IMG/VR virus record: IMGVR_UViG_3300005512_000014 | DNA from: an uncultured virus (IMG/VR IMGVR_UViG_3300005512_000014) | Lineage: Duplodnaviria; Heunggongvirae; Uroviricota; Caudoviricetes | Length of the DNA: 64,000 bases | Direction: 5' to 3' (one strand) | Part shown: positions 57,474 through 64,000 of the stretch, one piece after another | How positions within the stretch are numbered: the first letter of the stretch is position 1 | Layout: each line of letters begins with the position of its first letter | Made by a program: the position numbers and the translations under genes | The notes under the pieces: generated by a model | The model's input: only the letters and a program-made list of their open reading frames with translations | Database searches by the model: none | Told to the model about the DNA's origin: nothing

Positions 57474-58547
57474 TCATTGCAGTGCCTCCAAGAAGTCGAT
57501 CAGTGCAGATGCACCGACTGAGATGTCACGTTTCTTTACAAGTTCTAACAGAGAAGACTGATACTCCATACGTATATTGATATCTAGCAATATGGATATC
57601 GACTTGAGCCAGTCTTTCGGTCGACGCGCAACGCAGAACCCAGTCCCCCAGTCATCCAGTAACGAGGAGTAACTCGGCAGTGCGGCAGCGATGAACGGTA
57701 TACCAGACGCTGCGTACTCTAAGCCTTTGATATCGCTCTTAGCGTGATTGAACGGCTTATCCGTTAGAGGTACAAGACCGACATCCATAGTCATCAACGA
57801 AGGGTACTGATCAGTAGCAGCCATCGGTACAGTTGTCACCCACTCGGGGGGCACGTTCAGTAGGCTCGCAAACGATGGTGCAGATACGCTGTCACCGGAG
57901 TGATGCAGTTTCAGAGAGCCATCCCTCACGAACCTTTCAAAGAGTCCACGAAGAGTCTCAACATCTCCAGACCTGTGCGACGTAGAACCAACCCAGCCAT
58001 ACGTAGGTATATCAGACTGTACGACCGGCGTGAACCTAGCCACATCGACCGTGTTGCGCAGCAGCACCGGAGTTCCGCCGAACTTGCTGCGAACCTTGTC
58101 CGCTAAGAACGGTGTCGATACCGTTACATATGACGATGCCCCAATATTCTTGGCGTAGAAGTTGGTGTTCTCTTTCTCGTTGAACTTGGGGTGCGATGCT
58201 TTCCATGCATCGTTACGGGTGTCCAGACCGAAATACCAGTCGTCCAAATCGTTGATAGCAACCTGACCATTAGCGATACCCTTACGTATCGTCTTGTCAA
58301 TGTTGTCATGCATCAACCTCTGAAGTATGACAATGTCGGGGACGACCATGTCACCGGTATGCGCATCCTCCACCGCCATGCAGTTCTCGTATTCCCACAG
58401 AATACCTACCGTGACCTCGTGCCCAGCCTCGCGTATGTGTGGGACGTACTGACCTATTCGCGCCCATCCAGCACCGCCCCACCTCTCCTTACCATCTGCT
58501 GCTTTACGTGGATGTAAGTAGTCGGCACTGGCAATGCCAATCTTCAC
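57474..58547 (-). CDS. GT-B (family 4-like) glycosyltransferase
   Basis: DLDD, TVST, GWVGS.SH..D, D.GLVPL...FN.AKS.IK.LEY.A.GIP. Confidence 0.85.
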   Translation of the reverse strand: MKIGIASADYLHPRKAADGKERWGGAGWARIGQYVPHIREAGHEVTVGILWEYENCMAVEDAHTGDMVVPDIVILQRLMHDNIDKTIRKGIANGQVAINDLDDWYFGLDTRNDAWKASHPKFNEKENTNFYAKNIGASSYVTVSTPFLADKVRSKFGGTPVLLRNTVDVARFTPVVQSDIPTYGWVGSTSHRSGDVETLRGLFERFVRDGSLKLHHSGDSVSAPSFASLLNVPPEWVTTVPMAATDQYPSLMTMDVGLVPLTDKPFNHAKSDIKGLEYAASGIPFIAAALPSYSSLLDDWGTGFCVARRPKDWLKSISILLDINIRMEYQSSLLELVKKRDISVGASALIDFLEALQ

Positions 58548-58795
58548 CGGACGACCTCTAGACGTTCAGTGTGCGTCAGACCGCCCCACATACCGAACTT
58601 GATACCGTTGCGTACGGCAAAGTCGCAGCACTCCATACGTGAAGGGCACTCGCTGCAAATCTTCTTCACCTCTGCCATGTGTCGGGACTCGTAGAACCAT
58701 TGCGTCGGTGTCGTCTTGCAGTTGGCTGCATCACGCCACGAGCGGTCACGGTCAGGGGACGAAAGAAAGGGAAGGCTCTCCACTGCGTTGGTCAT
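58544..58795 (-). CDS. whiB: WhiB-family transcription factor
   Basis: W...ANC...IC.ECP...EC...GMWGG. Confidence 0.9.
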   Translation of the reverse strand: MTNAVESLPFLSSPDRDRSWRDAANCKTTPTQWFYESRHMAEVKKICSECPSRMECCDFAVRNGIKFGMWGGLTHTERLEVVR

Positions 58796-58827
58796 GTAGT
58801 AATCCTAGTGTCTCGGTGTGACGGTGT

Positions 58828-59175
58828 TCAAGCACGCTTGCGACGTTTTAGATGCTTTCGCATGGCGTCTCTTGTGCCTCGTAAGTCTAGTCGACCGTTG
58901 GGGTCAGTGCGTGGAAGGTGCTGGATCGCGTAAGGTTCGATGCGAGACTTGTTCCACTCCATACGTCCTGTACGGCGTTCTTTGGGGGTCGTACCGCCCC
59001 ATAGACCGAACTCTTCGTCCTTGCCCAACTCTGCGCACGCCTGCTGCATCGGGCAGTGCTCGCACACAAACTTACCCAACCAGTAGTACGACGACTCGGG
59101 ACCCTGCCTGTCCTCCTTATCGATAGGAGGATAGAACATCTCCAAGTGGAGACCTTTACATAGTGGGTCAGTCAC
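58828..59175 (-). CDS. whiB: WhiB-family transcription factor
   Basis: LC...FYP...VCEHCP...AC...GLWGGTTP.ER; start placed at GTG 59175. Confidence 0.88.
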   Translation of the reverse strand: MTDPLCKGLHLEMFYPPIDKEDRQGPESSYYWLGKFVCEHCPMQQACAELGKDEEFGLWGGTTPKERRTGRMEWNKSRIEPYAIQHLPRTDPNGRLDLRGTRDAMRKHLKRRKRA

Positions 59176-59470
59176 GACGCATGGCGCGATCAACGCAGTC
59201 CCACCCACACGCTGCGTAGCCAGCGAGGTCGACCCAGTTGTCGCGGTGCTCAGGAGACCAAGCGATACGGCTCAGTTTCAGCATTGACATAAGTGCTGCC
59301 ACATCGTGAGGCAGCAGGTAACTACGGTTCTCGTATACCGACTTCAGGTAGATGTCCCACATCTTGGCTGTCTTACGAAAGTCATCAATGGGGTCACCGT
59401 AATCGACGTTACGGTCACCGTTGACAAGGTTGTCAGCCTCTTGCAGAACTTCGGTACGGTTATTGTCCAT
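59168..59470 (-). CDS. DUF6378-like protein
   Basis: GDRN.DYG.P..F...W...DVA.LM..LKLSR...D.WVDLAGYAAC. Confidence 0.85.
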   Translation of the reverse strand: MDNNRTEVLQEADNLVNGDRNVDYGDPIDDFRKTAKMWDIYLKSVYENRSYLLPHDVAALMSMLKLSRIAWSPEHRDNWVDLAGYAACGWDCVDRAMRRD

Positions 59471-59481
59471 GGCTGGAAATC

Positions 59482-60915
59482 TTAGTCGTCAAGGATGTCT
59501 GCGTTGAGGATATAAGAATCGACATCTTCGGGTTCGATAGGCTCTGATAGTTGTTTGGTTTGCTCTGCTGCTTTGCTACCGAATATTCGCGACAGTACGC
59601 CCGCACCTGATCTGGCTTCTACTTCAAACCTGAACGTGTCTCTTGTATCTTCAATATCCTTGAACTCTTTTACAAGTTTGAACAGCCTGTCCATTTCCGC
59701 AGATAGTGCGGGGTCCATTCCTTGACCTTCTAATTCTTCAGCAAACTTTGCAAATAAGACTCGTGAAGTTTGCATCTCTAGAATGGCCGTAAGAGTCGCC
59801 CTCAGTTGCTCCTTCGTCTTGATCTCTACAGGAATCCTGTAAGCACATTCACTATGTTCCTTGAACGCAGGGCAACGGGACGCGAGATAGCAACTATCAC
59901 AATTACGAACACCAGACTGAGCATATGTGATGGTACTAACCTCTATGCCCTCTATATCAAGGGTTTCCTCGCCATCCTCACCCACGCTAGAGGTCTTCGA
60001 TACCTCTCTACCGACCCCAATAACCGGTAGCAATAACTGCTCACTTTCGTGCCGGGTTTGGGTGGGTTCGATAGCAATAGCCGGGGTGTCAGAAACCGGA
60101 AAAAGGCCACTATGGTTTATGGGGGTGATAGTTGCTATCCCCCCTGTTTCGGCACCCTCAAACTCATCCTCGTCAGAGTCCGTAGAAGGGTGGTAGGCCC
60201 CAACTCGCTGGCTATGTTTCTCCCATTCCAGCCAAGAAACTACTGCGAGTTTTGCGCATTCTGACACGTCGTCGGACTGAATAGCCTCGTAATCAATACC
60301 CAAACGAACGATGTCTGAACGGTGCTTTTTACGTGAAGACTCTTTCTTCTGAGATGGATAACGACGCAGTCCATACCCATCCCATATCTGTGTCTCGCCG
60401 TACCTGACAACGCTAGTCCACGAGGCCACGATCACCGACGACCAGTCGATTGCTTCGATGGTATCGACCTTGCTAGTCAGACCAATGTACTCAACTGACC
60501 ACCTCTGCTGTAACTGCTTGATACGAGGCAGAGTCTTGGCAGTAATAGCCCTATCACTGATAGCGACACGACCATACTTCTGGCACAGATGGGCAAGCCT
60601 TTCAGTGTCTTTGTCGTCGTTCCAAAGGGGTACGTACTTATCGCCCAGCCAGTCACCGTTGTAGTCGGGGCGACCGATAACCGTCGTTATCTCATCGGCA
60701 TGTTCTCGTATGAATAAGTCGAACTTCTCGGTGTCTTCGTCACCGTCGCTGGTGTACACGTAGACCTCGGCACCGCCCAGCAACTCCCGAAGATCGACAA
60801 CCTTTGTCTTGGGGACGTTGTACTGAGTCAGGTTAAGAGCGATACGAGGGGCTTTGTTAGCAATAAGGATGTTACGGAACGTCCCCTTCTCGCCACCAGA
60901 CAGAGCGATCTTCAT
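59482..60915 (-). CDS. Hypothetical protein: possible degenerate TGT/DpdA-like N-terminal domain plus Cys-cluster C-terminal domain
   Basis: IGL...W.SV...SW....RYGETQIW; CDSC....RCP......C. Confidence 0.45.
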   Translation of the reverse strand: MKIALSGGEKGTFRNILIANKAPRIALNLTQYNVPKTKVVDLRELLGGAEVYVYTSDGDEDTEKFDLFIREHADEITTVIGRPDYNGDWLGDKYVPLWNDDKDTERLAHLCQKYGRVAISDRAITAKTLPRIKQLQQRWSVEYIGLTSKVDTIEAIDWSSVIVASWTSVVRYGETQIWDGYGLRRYPSQKKESSRKKHRSDIVRLGIDYEAIQSDDVSECAKLAVVSWLEWEKHSQRVGAYHPSTDSDEDEFEGAETGGIATITPINHSGLFPVSDTPAIAIEPTQTRHESEQLLLPVIGVGREVSKTSSVGEDGEETLDIEGIEVSTITYAQSGVRNCDSCYLASRCPAFKEHSECAYRIPVEIKTKEQLRATLTAILEMQTSRVLFAKFAEELEGQGMDPALSAEMDRLFKLVKEFKDIEDTRDTFRFEVEARSGAGVLSRIFGSKAAEQTKQLSEPIEPEDVDSYILNADILDD

Positions 60916-61388
60916 TCGATCTCACCCCAGTTCTTCTCGGACCTAGCGAGTGCCTGCTTATCGATCTCGTCAACCAGAGAATCCCACCCGCGAATCTGCT
61001 TCTCAACACTCCACTCGGGTCTGATGGTATATGGGAGGCATACCAATAAGGATGGGATACCCAATTGTAGGGTATGAGCAACAGTCGCAGCGTCCGTATC
61101 TAGGTACATGCTGCGGCCTCCGGCGGCGGTGAGCATTCGCTGCACGACCTCGGCCTTGACTCGGGGTTCCGTAGTACCCACTGTCTCATAGACCACCGCT
61201 TTGACGTTGTTGATTTTCAACCACGTCTCCAGTAGTTCCTTGTCTACGTCCTCGTCTACCACAACAGCAGTGCGCCCCACTGAAGACTCGTACAGGCTTC
61301 TCCACATACCCATACCGTCAGGGTCTGGCACACGTGCTCCAAAGTTCTCGTTGGGGCGCGCAAGGACGTTGACGTTGAACAGAATCAC
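60912..61388 (-). CDS. HAD-fold-like hypothetical protein
   Basis: N-terminal ILFNVNVL; YLD.D...GIPSL. Confidence 0.45.
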   Translation of the reverse strand: MILFNVNVLARPNENFGARVPDPDGMGMWRSLYESSVGRTAVVVDEDVDKELLETWLKINNVKAVVYETVGTTEPRVKAEVVQRMLTAAGGRSMYLDTDAATVAHTLQLGIPSLLVCLPYTIRPEWSVEKQIRGWDSLVDEIDKQALARSEKNWGEIE

Positions 61389-61870
61389 CGGTAGAGGCCA
61401 GCCTTCTTACGCTGTGCGTGTTCTACGTAGGAGTTGTAGGGACAGAAGTCGCAGATGAAGTTCCACTGATCTTTAGGAATACCAGTAGTACGGCCAATGG
61501 CCCGGTGGTCTGCCCGGTAGTCGGAGCACCCAGCCCCGTATCCAATGCCATATGTGGGGCGGTTATGGATTTCATAGCATCCCAAAGCATCGGTCTTGTA
61601 GTTCTCGCGCTCCTCTTTCAAGAAGTTCTCAAGACGCCCGTCGTGAACAGCCTGCTCCAAACGAGACTTGTCGATGAGGTCAAGTTCATCATCGGAGATA
61701 CCAAACAGGTTGGCCTTATGGCGCTCCATAGGCCCCCCAAACTTGCGTAGGTGCAAGTCAATAGCATCACGCAGGTGATGATCGTGCTTCGCCTCGGGGT
61801 CATTCTCGGAGGCGTAGTCAGGAAGGATGTCGACGGTCTTGCAGGTATTGCAGACAAGAAGGCGTGCCAT
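61385..61870 (-). CDS. Cys-rich hypothetical protein
   Basis: CNTC...C...H...C...CDFCP; RBS AAGGAG. Confidence 0.7.
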   Translation of the reverse strand: MARLLVCNTCKTVDILPDYASENDPEAKHDHHLRDAIDLHLRKFGGPMERHKANLFGISDDELDLIDKSRLEQAVHDGRLENFLKEERENYKTDALGCYEIHNRPTYGIGYGAGCSDYRADHRAIGRTTGIPKDQWNFICDFCPYNSYVEHAQRKKAGLYR

Positions 61871-61922
61871 GTAGTGCTCCTTAGGTGAACTCGCTTTGCG
61901 AGTTCATTCTACACAGGTAAAT

Positions 61923-62144
61923 TCAGCGACCTGTGTATGCGACACGGCTGGCGTGATAGCCCTGCATAGGGTTAGGGCCTGCTACCGTGTCATACAAGTC
62001 ACGACTGAGCGCGCTACGAACAGCGCCTGCATCCATGTCGTCGTTGGGAAAGCCACCACGATCTGGGCTGGCTTTCTTCACCATGCCGTCGGTGATGCCT
62101 TCCTGAAGGTCGGCGTTCATGCTGCGAGTTTCGTTTACTGCCAT
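61923..62144 (-). CDS. Small hypothetical protein
   Basis: MAVNETRSMN.DL.EG.TDG..K. Confidence 0.65.
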   Translation of the reverse strand: MAVNETRSMNADLQEGITDGMVKKASPDRGGFPNDDMDAGAVRSALSRDLYDTVAGPNPMQGYHASRVAYTGR

Positions 62145-62167
62145 AATGATATCCTATCACTAATAGT

Positions 62168-63304
62168 TCATGCATCAGGGTCAAATAAGCCCATCTGATT
62201 AGGGTCTTTTACGGCACGTCGTTCACCACGAGTTGCATTACGCCCCAGACGAGCACCAAGACGAGGGTTAGTGGGGGGAGGCGTTCCACCAGTGCGCTGA
62301 CGCAAAGCCTCAAGAGACTCTTCGGAGGGGCGATCCTGCGGGTTGCGAGTGGGGATGCCACCGACGACGCGAGCAGGACCTTCGTCTCCCTGTCCTGCGA
62401 CGTATGTGCCACTAGCAGGGCCAGCCTCAAGCGCCCTCGTGGGGGCGACGGGAATGGGACCACCCTCATACACGTTCGATGTAGGACGACGCCTCCGTGC
62501 CCCAGCACCTGTTACGTTCATAGTACCGGGAATGCGAGACACATTTACTGGCGTTACACCCTGACTAGTATCCATACGACCTGTGGCTCTGGGTAGTTCT
62601 CCAATAGCGCGCTGTGAGGGGACACCCACAGCAAGGTTCATATCATCAACGTCAGCACCAGACCATCCAAGACGTGGATCGTAACTACCCGGACTAAGCA
62701 CTGCACGCCCTCCGATAGTCATATAACGACTGGCTTCAGCAGGGGACATCTTACGCACGGTGCCCTCATCTAGTTCTCTATCAAGTTCTTGCCATGCGGG
62801 TGGCTGTGCGCTTTGTTCCTTTTTAACTGCCTTGATAGCCTTGCGCTGCGCTCGTTTTTTAGCCTTTCGCTGTGCGAAATCTGATTCTCCATACTTCTTG
62901 ATACCTGCACCGATAGCAGCGCCTACACCCGCTGATACTGCTTTAGTAGAACTCCATTGGGGGTCGAATGGGTCGATACGTTGAGAACCGAAGTTACCTG
63001 CTGCACCCGTTACGTATGCTTCGGGCTTCGCGGGGCCGGTTGCTTGACCACGTTCGATATCACGGGTTACCGGAGTGGGGCCGGTACTCGGCACTGAGAC
63101 GTAACCGCCCCCGACTCCTCCGCTACCACCACGAGCAGCCCACGTATTCGTGCCAGAAGGAGCGGACAAGAACGAAGACCCTACCTGCTGCCGGTTGTAA
63201 CGAGCAGAAGCGGTCAGACCACCAACACCGATACCACCGGACTCATATGGGTTCTGATACGCCCGTGTAGATTGCCGAAGGTTGAAATACTCTTCTGCTG
63301 ACAT
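62168..63304 (-). CDS. Low-complexity G/A/P/R-rich protein
   Basis: 378 aa, appears disordered; ends QMGLFDPDA. Confidence 0.7.
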   Translation of the reverse strand: MSAEEYFNLRQSTRAYQNPYESGGIGVGGLTASARYNRQQVGSSFLSAPSGTNTWAARGGSGGVGGGYVSVPSTGPTPVTRDIERGQATGPAKPEAYVTGAAGNFGSQRIDPFDPQWSSTKAVSAGVGAAIGAGIKKYGESDFAQRKAKKRAQRKAIKAVKKEQSAQPPAWQELDRELDEGTVRKMSPAEASRYMTIGGRAVLSPGSYDPRLGWSGADVDDMNLAVGVPSQRAIGELPRATGRMDTSQGVTPVNVSRIPGTMNVTGAGARRRRPTSNVYEGGPIPVAPTRALEAGPASGTYVAGQGDEGPARVVGGIPTRNPQDRPSEESLEALRQRTGGTPPPTNPRLGARLGRNATRGERRAVKDPNQMGLFDPDA

Positions 63305-63618
63305 TACATACCACCGGCTTTCAGGACATCAGGAGGGGGGCTGATATCCATAGAGGCGTACGCTGTGCGAGTCGTGGCTCGGCTAGCGGGGCGCAAGTTA
63401 CGTAGACCAAAAGGGTCTTCTGCCATCTCACGGCGACGCAGTACGTTGTCATATGCCCCACCCGACTCATATGTCGGACGAGAGAACTGACGCCCCTGAG
63501 AGCCTGCGATACCGGCCTCATATCCACCGTCTTTCATCTGACGAGTGAACTCTCGGTCAGGGTCTACGGGGGCGTTCTGTACGGACTGGGTGTATGACTG
63601 CCGTTCGTTCATTACCAA
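63304..63618 (-). CDS. Hypothetical protein
   Basis: Coupled to both neighbours. Confidence 0.6.
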   Translation of the reverse strand: MVMNERQSYTQSVQNAPVDPDREFTRQMKDGGYEAGIAGSQGRQFSRPTYESGGAYDNVLRRREMAEDPFGLRNLRPASRATTRTAYASMDISPPPDVLKAGGM

Positions 63619-63911
63619 GTCCCTTCACTCATAGCATTACGTGCGGTACCAGACCACGCTTGATCAGACATTACACTAGGCATGACGGGCATACCGCTCA
63701 TCCATGACCTGTAAGTGGGGTTATATCGGTCGATATTCATGACCTCATGAATATCCCATTCACTCTTGGCAAACCCACGTCGCTCTGGAAAGGCATTTTG
63801 GACAGACGCAACGGGGCGCATCTCGCGCAACTCTTCAGGAGTAGCAGCGAGGGCGCTCTCTAGTGCAGCATCGACTAGATACTCACTACGAGACTGCCAC
63901 GGACGAGCCAT
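63612..63911 (-). CDS. Hypothetical protein
   Basis: 99 aa, MARPWQSRSE... Confidence 0.65.
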   Translation of the reverse strand: MARPWQSRSEYLVDAALESALAATPEELREMRPVASVQNAFPERRGFAKSEWDIHEVMNIDRYNPTYRSWMSGMPVMPSVMSDQAWSGTARNAMSEGTW

Positions 63912-64000
63912 GAGTTCAGATTTCTTCCCAACCGGAATCGGCCATGTCCTTCTTATTGAAGACCTTTTTTAGCATAGGTGTAGGGTCCAGCAGCCCGCTC

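Noticed and set aside
1..64000. tRNA, rRNA, integrase or transposase genes
   Set aside because: None recognised by eye; a tRNA scan was not possible.

Overview
This window is part of a tailed dsDNA phage genome with a contractile tail. The host is almost certainly an Actinomycetota member: three WhiB genes, CGAAC-N4-GTTCG LexA boxes and an MSMEG_6728-like glycosylase. 1-~33 kb (minus strand) is the virion module: tape measure with two cell-wall hydrolase domains, tube, sheath, neck, a ~14 kb cluster of fibre/adhesin genes, N4-gp56-type major capsid, scaffold, portal and TerL. ~33-43.7 kb holds accessory genes: NrdJ, a glycosyltransferase and methyltransferase, WhiB, and a run of small ADP-ribosyltransferase-, ParB- and GNAT-like genes sharing an N-terminal M[AT]LGPQF tag. 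At the strand switch lies a ~1.4 kb non-coding region (43.72-45.10 kb) with 13 perfect DnaA boxes and 3 tandem LexA boxes. The plus-strand early-type region (45.1-57.4 kb; SNF2 helicase, AAA+/vWA pair, many small ORFs) and the end of that non-coding region carry 15 copies of the palindrome TGCCCCACGTGGGGCA. The early region also has three copies of a covarying RNA pseudoknot and several hairpins with anti-Shine-Dalgarno loops. A ~60-nt sRNA gene at 35.2-35.3 kb, with its own promoter and terminator, is complementary to early-gene leaders. Family assignments come from motifs recognised by eye, not from database searches.
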